Shown: positions 1 through 9,643 of the stretch, one piece after another
How the letters are laid out: each line of letters begins with the position of its first letter
Position numbering within the stretch: the first letter of the stretch is position 1
From: an uncultured Candidatus Saccharibacteria bacterium
GTDB taxonomy: Bacteria > Patescibacteriota > Minisyncoccia > Phycocordibacterales > EsbW-18
DNA: 34,059 nt
Direction: 5' to 3'
Assembly (NCBI GenBank): GCA_964631485.1
Contig: CAZVYH010000005.1
Span: 14,610-48,668 of the forward strand
Program-made: the position numbers and the translations under genes
Notes under the pieces: model-generated
Databases searched by the model: none
Seen by the model: the letters and a program-made list of their open reading frames with translations, nothing else
What the model was told of the DNA's origin: nothing

Positions 1-1089
1 ATGAAGATTCTCATGATTTCAGGAGACAGAAATATATTAAAACCCGACTCCGCGGTTGCCGGGCGGATGGTGTTGCACGGTCGGGCTGTTGATGAAATAC
101 ACATCATTATCCCATGTGAAGGAGAACATATTCAGTTGGGAACAAATGTCTTTGTACACCCGACGGGGACATCCAAGATCACCTCAAGAATATCGAGTAT
201 TGTTCGTACTGGTAAAACCATGGCGGATATACATCTCATAACAGCACAGGATCCGTTTGAGTACGGCATCGCCGGGTTGCGTTTAGGGAAGATGTTCAAT
301 GCACCCGTTGAGTTACAGGTACATACTGACATCGGAAGCCCATACTTTTTCAGAGAAACAAAAAACAAAATACGCAAAATCGGTCTTGCGAGACGGTTTA
401 AAAGAGCAGCGGGTATTCGTGTTGTATCTGAGCGTGTCGCACATGCTGTGGAGGGGTTTGGTGTCGGACGTAGTCGCGTTTCAGTACTTCCGATGTTTAT
501 TGATGTTAAAAAATTTGAGTCTGTTACACACACGCCGTCTTCTCAAGAAAGGTCTATTCTGATGGCCGGTCGGTTAGAAAAAGAAAAAGAATATCCGATA
601 GCGTTTCGTGCGTTTGCGCGTGTACTGAAAATGTTTCCGGATGCACACCTGTATGTTGCAGGAGAAGGGCGGTTGCATGCACGTCTTGCTTCGTATGCTC
701 AAAAACACAATATAGGACACGCGGTGACGTTTCTCGGAGCGGTTCCGGACATTACACCACACCTTGTTTCTGCCCATGTATTTCTCCACACATCGCGATA
801 TGAGGGCTTTGGTGTTGTGCTCGCGGAAGCAGGGCTTGTAGGTACTCCGATCGTATCAACTAATGTCGGGATTGCAGGAGGCGTTCTTCGTGACGGAGAG
901 CACGGGAGAGTGGTTCCCGTCGGTGATGTTGAAAAAATAGCACACGCACTCAGTGAGACGTTCTCGCATCCGCAAAAAGCACACGAACGCGCTCTTTCCG
1001 CAATGGGCGTTATACAAAAAGAACTTCTCTCGTCCGAGATGTATATTCAAAAACTGAAAAGCATCTGGTCTTCATATATAACAACATGA
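1..1089 (+). CDS. Glycosyltransferase, GT4-type (GT-B fold)
   Basis: 362-aa ORF with a plausible native N-terminus (MKILMISGD) at window base 1. The C-terminal half carries a GT4-like signature RYEGFGVVLAEAGLVGTPIVSTNVG. Its stop overlaps the next start (ATGA at 1086-1089). Confidence 0.8.
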   Translation: MKILMISGDRNILKPDSAVAGRMVLHGRAVDEIHIIIPCEGEHIQLGTNVFVHPTGTSKITSRISSIVRTGKTMADIHLITAQDPFEYGIAGLRLGKMFNAPVELQVHTDIGSPYFFRETKNKIRKIGLARRFKRAAGIRVVSERVAHAVEGFGVGRSRVSVLPMFIDVKKFESVTHTPSSQERSILMAGRLEKEKEYPIAFRAFARVLKMFPDAHLYVAGEGRLHARLASYAQKHNIGHAVTFLGAVPDITPHLVSAHVFLHTSRYEGFGVVLAEAGLVGTPIVSTNVGIAGGVLRDGEHGRVVPVGDVEKIAHALSETFSHPQKAHERALSAMGVIQKELLSSEMYIQKLKSIWSSYITT

Positions 1090-2135
1090 AATTGCTCATC
1101 ATCACACAGGTTCTTGATACGGAACATCCCATCCTGGGGTTTTTTCACGGGTGGGTCGAGGAATTTGCGAAACACTGCGAGTCGGTACTTGTTATCTGTC
1201 TGCAAAAAGGACACTGCGAACTGCCGAAAAATGTCAGGGTTCTTTCCCTGGGAAAGGAGGAAAAAGTATCACGGATGCAGTACCTTCAACGTTTTTTCAA
1301 ATACATTCGTGAGGAACGCGACAACTACAACAATGTGTTTGTGCACATGAACCAGGTATATGTGATTCTGGGGGGACTGTTTTGGCGGGTATGGAAAAAG
1401 CACGTGTCGTTGTGGTACGCGCATGGGTCGGTTTCGGCATCATTGCGTCTTGCGGTTTTACTGTCTCACAGCGTGTATACTTCGACACCGCAAGGGTTAC
1501 GTCTTCATACAAAAAAGAAACACATTGTCGGACAGGGTATTGATATGCGCTCTTTCGATTTCTATGAGCACCGGACAGGAGATGAGCTCAATTTGATTAC
1601 CGTGGGGAGAATTTCTCCGGTTAAAGATCTTGAAACGCTTGTCGATGCGGTTTCGGTGATGCATAAACACGAAGCGCATTGTCTGTTCACAGTTGTCGGT
1701 GATGCGGAGACAAGTCAACAGCACTCATACAAACACGAAATTATTCAACGCATAAAAAATCGCGAGATTGAGGCATTTGTCACATGGCAGGGATCGCAGC
1801 CGTACAAAAACATTTCACACATCGTCGGAAAAGCAGATGTGTTTCTGCATGCGAGCCGTACGGGCAGTTTGGATAAGGTTGTGCTAGAGGCACTTGCGGT
1901 CGGCACACTGCCGGTGACGTGCGACCCGACGCTGTCCGAAGAACTACCTGAAGACCTGAGAAGGGTATGTTGTGTTCCTCAAGGAGATGTACAAGCGTAC
2001 GTGCGGGCGCTCATGTTCATTCGCTCACTTTCAGACGAAGAATCCGACCGTTTGCGTAAAAAGGGACGCGCATACGTCGAGAATCACCACTCGCTGACAG
2101 CACTTATTCCAAACATCCTCTCTACATTAAGGTGA
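1086..2135 (+). CDS. Glycosyltransferase, GT4-like (GT-B fold)
   Basis: 349-aa ORF translationally coupled to the upstream GT (ATGA overlap). The C-terminal Rossmann half has ITVGRISPVKD...FLHASRTGSLDKVVLEALAVGTLPV, resembling the GT4 E-x7-E region. Confidence 0.72.
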   Translation: MKLLIITQVLDTEHPILGFFHGWVEEFAKHCESVLVICLQKGHCELPKNVRVLSLGKEEKVSRMQYLQRFFKYIREERDNYNNVFVHMNQVYVILGGLFWRVWKKHVSLWYAHGSVSASLRLAVLLSHSVYTSTPQGLRLHTKKKHIVGQGIDMRSFDFYEHRTGDELNLITVGRISPVKDLETLVDAVSVMHKHEAHCLFTVVGDAETSQQHSYKHEIIQRIKNREIEAFVTWQGSQPYKNISHIVGKADVFLHASRTGSLDKVVLEALAVGTLPVTCDPTLSEELPEDLRRVCCVPQGDVQAYVRALMFIRSLSDEESDRLRKKGRAYVENHHSLTALIPNILSTLR

Positions 2136-2155
2136 GGCATTAGGGTCTGAAAACG

Positions 2156-2164
2156 TGGTATAGT
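2156..2164 (+). promoter_or_regulatory. Extended -10 box TGgTATAGT, 7 nt upstream of ATG 2172 (leaderless-type promoter candidate)
   Basis: Sequence TGGTATAGT at 2156-2164, spacer cttgcct, then ATG at 2172. There is no Shine-Dalgarno motif. Confidence 0.45.
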
Positions 2165-2171
2165 CTTGCCT

Positions 2172-2801
2172 ATGGATGCTCAAACATTTGAAAATGCACG
2201 CTGGTTAGCAGGTAACCAAAAAGTGCAATTTAGACACCGCGCCTGCGTAGACATGGTCACTGAAGGCTCCGTTCTCGATGTTGGGTGTGGAGATGGTCTC
2301 CTACTCTCAATGCTCAAAGAGAAAGGTGTTTTAGGTGAAGGTGTTGATTTTTCTGAGGATGCGGTTCATAAATGTGCGGAGCGTGGAATACATGCCACGC
2401 AACATGACCTCTCAGAAAAACTACCATTTGCAGATAATTCGTTCGATTATGTTGTTGCGTTGGATGTGCTTGAGCACCAATTTGACCCGCTGTCAGTTCT
2501 TCGTGAAATGACACGTGTATCGCGTAAAAATGTTGTGGTCGGAGTTCCAAATTTTTCGTCACTTCCAGCACGTTTTCAAACTCTTTTTGGACGCGTTCCC
2601 GAAAACAATCGACCCAACAAGGGCCATGTGTATTGGTTTAATTATTTTGTGTTGATGAATCTTGCAATACACGCAGGACTTGAGTCGGGTACATATACAG
2701 CAAATACATTCAAACCACTTAGTTTTTTTGGAGGATTTTTTCAGAGATTGTTTCCTAATGCATGTGCCTTATCTTTTGTTGTTTGTTTTGTTAAAAAATA
2801 A
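2172..2801 (+). CDS. Class I SAM-dependent methyltransferase, MetW-like
   Basis: Motif I VLDVGCGDGLLLSML, followed by FDYVVALDVLEHQFDP and VVVGVPNF, closely resembles MetW-type methyltransferases. The ORF-track start 2166 is TTG; the first ATG is 2172. Confidence 0.8.
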   Translation: MDAQTFENARWLAGNQKVQFRHRACVDMVTEGSVLDVGCGDGLLLSMLKEKGVLGEGVDFSEDAVHKCAERGIHATQHDLSEKLPFADNSFDYVVALDVLEHQFDPLSVLREMTRVSRKNVVVGVPNFSSLPARFQTLFGRVPENNRPNKGHVYWFNYFVLMNLAIHAGLESGTYTANTFKPLSFFGGFFQRLFPNACALSFVVCFVKK

Positions 2802-2847
2802 ACAAAGAATTGTTACGTAATATAATTTGGTGATTTTGTATTTACAC

Positions 2848-3483
2848 ATGAACAAAAAACGAGTGCTTAAAAATATGTTACGGGGGCAATCACTCTCTCG
2901 GGCGCTTATGAATGAGGGGCTGTCTTTGGTTAGTTTGATGGGGAAGGTTTTGGATGTGGGAGGCGCACGAAACCCAGACTATTTTCACTATTTTCAAAAA
3001 AAAGGAGAGGTTCACATCGATATCATTGACGGCTCATTCCAGAAAATAGATTTTGAAAAAGACCCACTACCATACGCAACTGATTCTTATAATGCAGTTG
3101 TTGTGTGTAATGTGTTAGAGCATATCTTTAACTATCAGTTTCTTGTGGGGGAGATGCACCGAGTCCTTAAAAAAGATGGAATATTGGTGGGGTATGTACC
3201 ATTCTTTTTTCAGTATCATCCCGACCCACATGATTACTTTCGGTACACAGGTGAAGCACTTCAAAAAATTCTAACAACTGCTGGTTTTTCCAGTATCGAC
3301 GTAAAAAAGATTGGCCGGGGTCCATTTTTTGTGAATTTTAATATACTCATGCACTCTATACCGGTGCCGCTCAGATTATTTGTGTTTCCTTTTTACGCCC
3401 TGTCTGATTGGTTTTTTCTAAAATTACGCCCAAAAGCTCGTGAACGATTTCCTCTCGGATATCTTTTTGTTGCAAAAAAATAA
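2848..3483 (+). CDS. Class I SAM-dependent methyltransferase (Methyltransf_11-like)
   Basis: VLDVGGARNPDY (degenerate motif I) and YNAVVVCNVLEHIFN...LKKDGILVG (post-I/II/III motifs). A TATAAT box at 2821-2826 argues for ATG 2848 rather than the TTG at 2827. Confidence 0.7.
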   Translation: MNKKRVLKNMLRGQSLSRALMNEGLSLVSLMGKVLDVGGARNPDYFHYFQKKGEVHIDIIDGSFQKIDFEKDPLPYATDSYNAVVVCNVLEHIFNYQFLVGEMHRVLKKDGILVGYVPFFFQYHPDPHDYFRYTGEALQKILTTAGFSSIDVKKIGRGPFFVNFNILMHSIPVPLRLFVFPFYALSDWFFLKLRPKARERFPLGYLFVAKK

Positions 3484-3484
3484 T

Positions 3485-4537
3485 ATGTTGAATCTTTTTG
3501 TTGGTCCCGAGAAAGAGGGTGTTGGAATTACAAGGCTTCTTTCGAAGTATCGTGGTACGCAAAAAGTCAGCTCTCAATTATTCCAACCTATAGAGGTTCC
3601 AGTACGGGATATTTTTAATATTGTTGATTCGATTGATGCTTCGGATGCAATTTTATTTCCACATGACTACGCTTCGGTTATGTATGACAGTGGTTTTATT
3701 GAAACATATCAGGAATTATCTAAGGTTCACAAGAAAAAAATTATCGTGTTCTCGCTTTCCGATAGGGATATTTTTGTACCGTTGGAAAATGCAATTATAT
3801 TAAGGACATCTGCATACCGATACAAACTGCGTCCAAATGAAATTATAGTGGTCCCATTCATTGAGGATCTGGGAGCTATGTATGGCGTTGTGTTTCGGAA
3901 CAAGGAAAACAAAACTCCAACAGTGGGTTTTACAGGACTAGCTTCTTGGCCGAACGTTTCTTCAAGGGTCATAGCCCACATTCGTCAGATACAGCTCTTT
4001 TTACGCACCTTTATTTCTGGAAGAAAAGAGTTTTTAGCCCACACGCAAGGAATTTTTTTGAGACGAAAAGCAATCAGTGCTTTAGAGGCATCTCAACATG
4101 TTCGACCCATTGTCACTATCCGCCACTCATTTTCGGGGCTTGCACGAACGATTGGTTTGGATCCAGAAAAAGCGCGTAGTGAATATATTCAAACAATGCA
4201 AGAAAGTGATTTTTGCTTGGCTCCGAAGGGAGACGGTAACTACTCGCTTCGTTTTTATGAAGCTCTTTCTTTGGGTAGAATCCCCGTGCTTGTAGATACC
4301 GAAACGGTATTACCTTTTGAAGATAGAATTAAGTATGATGATGTTATTATTCGCGTGCCAATGCAGGACGTCAAAAATATTGGAAATATAATTGCGGATG
4401 AGTATACACATATGACCAAAGATGAGTTTATACAACGACAACAAAAGGCACGAAAAATTTTTGAGGAATTTTTAAAACCAGAGAAATTTTATACCACTCT
4501 TTTTAATGAGTTTGCAACTCAGTTTCATTCGGGATAG
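3485..4537 (+). CDS. Exostosin-family-like glycosyltransferase (GT47-like)
   Basis: The C-terminal motif SDFCLAPKGDGNYSLRFYEALSLGRIPVLVDT matches the exostosin-family signature (FCL-P-GD...S-R-EA-GCIPV). ATG 3485 follows the upstream stop at 3481-3483; the ORF-track start 3440 would overlap it. Confidence 0.68.
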   Translation: MLNLFVGPEKEGVGITRLLSKYRGTQKVSSQLFQPIEVPVRDIFNIVDSIDASDAILFPHDYASVMYDSGFIETYQELSKVHKKKIIVFSLSDRDIFVPLENAIILRTSAYRYKLRPNEIIVVPFIEDLGAMYGVVFRNKENKTPTVGFTGLASWPNVSSRVIAHIRQIQLFLRTFISGRKEFLAHTQGIFLRRKAISALEASQHVRPIVTIRHSFSGLARTIGLDPEKARSEYIQTMQESDFCLAPKGDGNYSLRFYEALSLGRIPVLVDTETVLPFEDRIKYDDVIIRVPMQDVKNIGNIIADEYTHMTKDEFIQRQQKARKIFEEFLKPEKFYTTLFNEFATQFHSG

Positions 4538-4546
4538 TGTGTTGGT

Positions 4547-5350
4547 ATGAAAGAGTTTTCGGGCGATAACCCGCTTTCGTGGGCACAAAAAATTTGGTAC
4601 GTGTTCTACAATATATCCAGAAACATTCTCGGTTTGAGGTACCCACTTCGTATGCGTTTCTGGCACACCTATTTTCAGTATGCAAACCAAGATTCTCCAA
4701 CGCGTTCATATCTTGACGCCTTTATGGGTTTAGAGCTTCCTCAACTTTTTTCTCCAAGGAGTGTTTCAATTCTTGATATTGGGTGTGGCACTGCGTATGT
4801 TCGTTCGATTCTTGCCCATTCCGGGTACTTAGGAACATACACAGGTGTTGATGTGATGCTTGAACCAAAGTTCGATATTAATGCACATCCTGAGTTCAAA
4901 ACACAATTTCTTAATCAAGACATTACTACTTTTGATACACAGGAAAGGTTTGATATGGTTATTTCGAATACATCTCTTGAACATATTGCAGACGATACAC
5001 AGGCAGTGATTGTTGCGCATCATCTGACTCGGGAAGATGGTATTGAGGTGCACCTTATGCCATCGCTTTGGTCACTACCTCTTTATTTATGGCACGGGTA
5101 TCGGCAGTATACGCCGGCACGCGTGAGGTCTCTTTTTAAAGGAACTCAGTATCGGGTATACCGAATGGGAGGTCTGGGCTCATTTTTCTTGCACTTTTTT
5201 TGTATTACAATTCCAGAACGTTTTTTAGGTATATCCACACTGCGAACAAAAACAATATATACAAAGTTAAAAGCAGTCGCTAATAAAGCAGACAGGTTTT
5301 TGCCGTTATGTTCACCGCTGTATGCTGTCGTTGTATTTCATGGAAAGTAG
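4547..5350 (+). CDS. Class I SAM-dependent methyltransferase
   Basis: Motif I ILDIGCGTAYVRSIL, then FDMVISNTSLEHIADD. Confidence 0.7.
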   Translation: MKEFSGDNPLSWAQKIWYVFYNISRNILGLRYPLRMRFWHTYFQYANQDSPTRSYLDAFMGLELPQLFSPRSVSILDIGCGTAYVRSILAHSGYLGTYTGVDVMLEPKFDINAHPEFKTQFLNQDITTFDTQERFDMVISNTSLEHIADDTQAVIVAHHLTREDGIEVHLMPSLWSLPLYLWHGYRQYTPARVRSLFKGTQYRVYRMGGLGSFFLHFFCITIPERFLGISTLRTKTIYTKLKAVANKADRFLPLCSPLYAVVVFHGK

Positions 5351-6488
5351 GCAACACAAAAAAATCCATATTGCGTTTGTTTTACCGAGCTTGCTTCCCG
5401 GCGGTATTGAGAAGCATACGTTGAAATTGCTCAGACATTTTGATCGCACAAGATTTTCTTTTTCACTCGTTACACTTTTTGATCTGCCTGGGCGGTCCGA
5501 TTTGTACAACGACGTGCCGGATGATGTTACGGTGTATCGACTCGCATTTGCAACGGGGGTAGATATTCCGCAATGGAAGCATTTGTATACGATCTTCAAA
5601 AAAGAGAAACCGGACGTTGTCGTTTCAAGTATGTTTTCAGCAAACACTATTGTTCGTTTCTTGAAACCGTTGTGTGGATATAAAGTGGTCACACGTGAGC
5701 ATAATATTTACTCTGAAAAAAATATCTTCCAGCGATTTGTTGATATGGTACTTGCTCCACTTTCAAACACTATTATTGCGGTCTCTTCGTCGGTTGCCGA
5801 TTTTTTTTCTAATCAAGCATGGGTTAATCGTGGAAAAATCAAAGTTGTTCACAATGGTGTTGATATCGGTGCAATAGACGCATATATTCGCGAAAAAGGG
5901 GAAGATGAAGCGCTGCGCGTTAGACACGAACTCGGAATATTGGATGATGAAAAGATAATTCTCAATGTCGCACGTCTCAAGCCTCAAAAAAACCACAAGC
6001 TCCTTATTGATGCATTCAGTCTTTTTGTAAAAACACACCCTCAGTACCATTTGGTAATTGTTGGTGACGGCGTTGAACGCGAGCGACTCAAGACATATGT
6101 TTGTGAAAATAATGTGTCAAAGGTTCATATTGTTGGATATCGTTCAGATGTGTTTGCGTTTTATTCAGCAAGCACACTGTTTACTCTTACATCCCGATTT
6201 GAGGGGTTTCCTAATGTTGGTGTTGAGGCAATGGCATTCGGTCTTCCTATGGTTTCAACAAGTGTACCGGGTGTCGACGAATTTCTCGTGAACGGAGAAA
6301 ATGGTTTTATTGTTGCATCTGATACACAAAGTGTAACTAGGGGGATGAGTGTTGTTGTGGATGTTATAAGTAAAAATCCAAGTGCGTATACGCAGAATTG
6401 CAGAGAAACCGCGGGTCGGTTTGATATTGTGAAGATTACAAAAGAGTATGAAAAAATTATTCAGTCGATTCTTCAAAAGAACACATGA
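5340..6488 (+). CDS. Glycosyltransferase, GT4-type
   Basis: N-terminal IHIAFVLPSLLPGGIEKHTLKLL and C-terminal LTSRFEGFPNVGVEAMAFGLPMVSTSVPGVDEF (GT4 E-x7-E region). ATG 5340 overlaps the upstream stop by 11 nt. Confidence 0.82.
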   Translation: MESRQHKKIHIAFVLPSLLPGGIEKHTLKLLRHFDRTRFSFSLVTLFDLPGRSDLYNDVPDDVTVYRLAFATGVDIPQWKHLYTIFKKEKPDVVVSSMFSANTIVRFLKPLCGYKVVTREHNIYSEKNIFQRFVDMVLAPLSNTIIAVSSSVADFFSNQAWVNRGKIKVVHNGVDIGAIDAYIREKGEDEALRVRHELGILDDEKIILNVARLKPQKNHKLLIDAFSLFVKTHPQYHLVIVGDGVERERLKTYVCENNVSKVHIVGYRSDVFAFYSASTLFTLTSRFEGFPNVGVEAMAFGLPMVSTSVPGVDEFLVNGENGFIVASDTQSVTRGMSVVVDVISKNPSAYTQNCRETAGRFDIVKITKEYEKIIQSILQKNT

Positions 6489-7269
6489 AAGTATTGCCGT
6501 TGCTCTCTTGGGCAATGGGATATATGAAAAAATACGTATTTTAAGCGTGCTCTTACGCAGATCTTTTCAACACTCCTTTTTACAAATTCCCGAAGATGCC
6601 TTGGATTATGCTGTCCCGTTCCATTTTTTACATAACAATACGCGCTTCGACATCATCCCCGCTTCTCATGAAGAAGTTGCGTTGTTGTATGAAATTTTTT
6701 GTCGCAATGTGTACAAAATTCAATTGCCCTTTGAACCAAAGACTCTTTTGGATTTAGGAGCAAATACTGGTATTTCAACCCTCTTCTTTCACTCGCTGTT
6801 TCCACACGCACGTATTATTGCAGTTGAGCCGAATCCAAAAATTTTCCAACTTCTTAAAAAGCATTTATCTAGTATTACAAACAGCCTTGCGCTCCATGGT
6901 GCTATTTCCAATCACGGCGGTGAAGTGGATTTTTTTGTTAGTCGACAATCTCTTTCTTCATCTCTTACACAGCGAACTATTGATGTTGAGAAAATAAAAG
7001 TGCCTAGTCTTACGCTACGGGGTATATTAGAAGAACATAGTCCTCAAGGGATAGATTTACTTGTCTTTGACATTGAAGGAGCAGAGGAGTTTCTGGTATC
7101 CGATAGAGATGCCCTTACTCATGTTCGAGCACTACTTGGTGAAATACATGAAGACCTTATGAGTATATCGCTCGAACATTTTCTTTCCACATTGCGGGAG
7201 ATATATACTATAACTATCAAGCCGACACAAAAGAAAGGGAGGTACATTCTCCGTGGTATACAAAAATAA
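6448..7269 (+). CDS. FkbM-family methyltransferase (Methyltransf_21)
   Basis: LLDLGANTGISTLFF...IIAVEPNPKIFQLL...LLVFDIEGAEEF is the FkbM-family pattern. ATG 6448 overlaps the upstream gene by 41 nt. An in-frame TTG at 6508 is an alternative start. Confidence 0.8.
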   Translation: MKKLFSRFFKRTHESIAVALLGNGIYEKIRILSVLLRRSFQHSFLQIPEDALDYAVPFHFLHNNTRFDIIPASHEEVALLYEIFCRNVYKIQLPFEPKTLLDLGANTGISTLFFHSLFPHARIIAVEPNPKIFQLLKKHLSSITNSLALHGAISNHGGEVDFFVSRQSLSSSLTQRTIDVEKIKVPSLTLRGILEEHSPQGIDLLVFDIEGAEEFLVSDRDALTHVRALLGEIHEDLMSISLEHFLSTLREIYTITIKPTQKKGRYILRGIQK

Positions 7270-7271
7270 AT

Positions 7272-8168
7272 ATGAAAGTAAGTATTATTGTAGCAACATA
7301 CAACCGCGAGAAGACACTCCTAAGGGCGCTAGAGAGTATTTTACAACAAACGCATTCTGATATTGAAGTTGTGGTGGTTGATGACGGCTCAACCGATAGT
7401 ACGGAGAAATTAATGAAGACAGTCACTGATTCGCGAGTGCGATATATTAAACTCGACAAAAATAGCGGTGCCTCAATAGCCCGCAATCGAGGCGTTCAAG
7501 AGGCAACCGGAGACTATATTCTTGTCTGGGACAGTGATGATGTATTGTATCCAAACGCTTTTGAAAGAATTCTCTCTGTGTTCGATCAACATCCTGAAGT
7601 GTTTATTGTCTCTGCTCCCGCAAGAGTACTTGTTGACGCAAAAGAAAAAACATACCCACATTTCCCAACCGGAGAGGTCAGACTCATAGATATATTGTGT
7701 AAAAAACTCCCGAGTAATATGAAGGTTCGTGTTGCACGGACAAGTGTAATGAAACAGGTGTCCTATAAATCAAGAAATATTGATTTTTTGGTCAATGTTG
7801 AACTTATTGAAAAAGGAAAGTGGTATCACCTAGATGAGGCGCTTGGTGATGTACACAATAATCCAAATGAAGGATCACTCACCGCATCAAGAAAAAAGAA
7901 GAACGTTCAGTACTCTATTGAACGTGCTCCGTACCTATTATCTTTTCTAGAGAGACAAGGGGAGCTTCTCAAGGAGACATGTGCGTCTCGTTATGCCGAC
8001 TACTCTTATGGTGCAGGAATAGGATTTTTTCTTGCGGGCGATATACACAACGCTCGGCATCTTATTCATGAAGCGGTTGTGTACCATCCAACAAAATGTT
8101 CATATGTTGGACTCCTTATTCTGTCATATATTCCAGGAGGGGTCTCAATACTACGACTGTTGTACTAA
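7272..8168 (+). CDS. Glycosyltransferase family 2
   Basis: Canonical GT2 N-terminus VSIIVATYNREKTLLRALESILQQTHSDIEVVVVDDGSTDST, followed by GASIARNRGVQEATGDYILVWDSDD (DxD). Confidence 0.88.
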   Translation: MKVSIIVATYNREKTLLRALESILQQTHSDIEVVVVDDGSTDSTEKLMKTVTDSRVRYIKLDKNSGASIARNRGVQEATGDYILVWDSDDVLYPNAFERILSVFDQHPEVFIVSAPARVLVDAKEKTYPHFPTGEVRLIDILCKKLPSNMKVRVARTSVMKQVSYKSRNIDFLVNVELIEKGKWYHLDEALGDVHNNPNEGSLTASRKKKNVQYSIERAPYLLSFLERQGELLKETCASRYADYSYGAGIGFFLAGDIHNARHLIHEAVVYHPTKCSYVGLLILSYIPGGVSILRLLY

Positions 8169-9037
8169 TTCTTTGTTTGTGTTGGTTTGTTGCGGTAACA
8201 ATAGAGAAGTAAATCTTGGAAACGGTGTTTCTTGATGAGGGGTAAAAACGGTGCATCTATTTGATAGGTAAAACCAGATTGTTCAATATCTCCGAGTATA
8301 TGAGACAATTCTGACTTGTCTCTGTTGATATTGTGGTGGTATTCAATAACCATTTCTTGTATGTAGTGCATTGTGTTTGTGCTACATAAATCTTTTACAA
8401 TATCTACTTCAGCGCCCTCGGTGTCTATTTTTAAGAAATGAACAGGTTGTGTGATAAATGTAGATACAGGAACAAGTGAAACTGTTATCGGTAGTGCACC
8501 ACCTCTTTCTTGAAGTGTGCTGGCAACGAGCGATGTTAGGTTTTCTGCTTGTGTATACAGTGTGATTGTTCCAGATTTTTTACCAAGTGCGACGTTATTG
8601 AGATGGACTGACTGTAGCCCATTACTCTGTATGTTTCGTTCAAGTATTTTAAAAGCCACCGGATCTGGCTCGAATGCATAAATAGTGCTGTCGGGATATA
8701 GCCACTTAAAAAAGAGCGTTGCAACACCGATGTTGCTTCCACAATCAAAAATAGTCGGTGTTTCGACGTTGCTCTGAAATGCATAGTGTCCACGTACAAA
8801 TATCTCTCGAAAGAGAAACCATAATGAATCACGATTGTATGTATACACGGTAAACCCACATATTTTTTCATTACGTAGTTTGTTGCATGTGGAGCGGTAC
8901 AAAAAAAAGAGTTGTTTTAGGAATAGGCGGATATACGTTAAATAAACTTCTCGTTTCTTATGCCGAGGGTATTTTTGTTTAGTAAGTACGCGTATATCGG
9001 GTACTAGGTTGTACAGATTCTGAGCTAAAATACTCAT
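8165..9037 (-). CDS. FkbM-family methyltransferase (Methyltransf_21)
   Basis: IFDCGSNIGVATLFF...IYAFEPDPVAFKIL...FLKIDTEGAEVDI. It is a paralogue of 6448-7269 in the opposite orientation. Its stop codon overlaps the convergent GT2 stop (CTAA at 8165-8168). Confidence 0.8.
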   Translation of the reverse strand: MSILAQNLYNLVPDIRVLTKQKYPRHKKREVYLTYIRLFLKQLFFLYRSTCNKLRNEKICGFTVYTYNRDSLWFLFREIFVRGHYAFQSNVETPTIFDCGSNIGVATLFFKWLYPDSTIYAFEPDPVAFKILERNIQSNGLQSVHLNNVALGKKSGTITLYTQAENLTSLVASTLQERGGALPITVSLVPVSTFITQPVHFLKIDTEGAEVDIVKDLCSTNTMHYIQEMVIEYHHNINRDKSELSHILGDIEQSGFTYQIDAPFLPLIKKHRFQDLLLYCYRNKPTQTKN

Positions 9038-9042
9038 AGGTG

Positions 9043-9642
9043 TTATTTTCTACTCTTTGTCCACGTTATCTTTACTTCACCATTGCGATGATTGCCTAGC
9101 ATGCGCACAAGAGTAAGTCCATATCCATAGGGAAGAGTGAGAGTTTCGTGACGGTATCCAAGAAGTGCAAGGCGTACAGCTAATTTAAGTCGGTATGTCG
9201 GTACGTGTTCAGTGTCGTGTACCAGAAGAATGGCGTTGTGTTTCATGAGTGGCAGAATTTTTCGTAAATCTTTGTAGACGACACGCCACTCATGTGAACC
9301 GTCGTGAAGGACCACATCAAAACACATATCTTTAGATACTGTTGAGAGGGTTTGTCTAGTATCGCCTTGAAGATATGTCCATGCCGGATAGTTTTCTTTT
9401 AATGAGGGGTCATTTCCCGTGTCCTGAATATTCCTTTGATCACACGTAATGAGTGCTCCATTTGTTTTTTTAAGCGCTTCAAGAATAACGGGCGTCGAAA
9501 ATCCAGCCCCTAACTCCAGCACGTTTTTTGCTTCCATGCCAACAATAAGACTATAGAGAAATAGGTAATGGAGCGTAAAACCACTTGAGTTTTTTTCTAT
9601 TTGCGAAATAATTTTTTGTACTATTGTTTCCATGTAACACAT
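9043..9642 (-). CDS. Class I SAM-dependent methyltransferase (O-methyltransferase / Methyltransf_24-like)
   Basis: VLELGAGFSTPVILEAL (motif I)...FDVVLHDGSHEW...LLVHDTEH. An alternative start is at 9633 (METIVQ). It is tightly packed between the flippase and the FkbM gene. Confidence 0.62.
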   Translation of the reverse strand: MCYMETIVQKIISQIEKNSSGFTLHYLFLYSLIVGMEAKNVLELGAGFSTPVILEALKKTNGALITCDQRNIQDTGNDPSLKENYPAWTYLQGDTRQTLSTVSKDMCFDVVLHDGSHEWRVVYKDLRKILPLMKHNAILLVHDTEHVPTYRLKLAVRLALLGYRHETLTLPYGYGLTLVRMLGNHRNGEVKITWTKSRK

Positions 9643-9643
9643 C

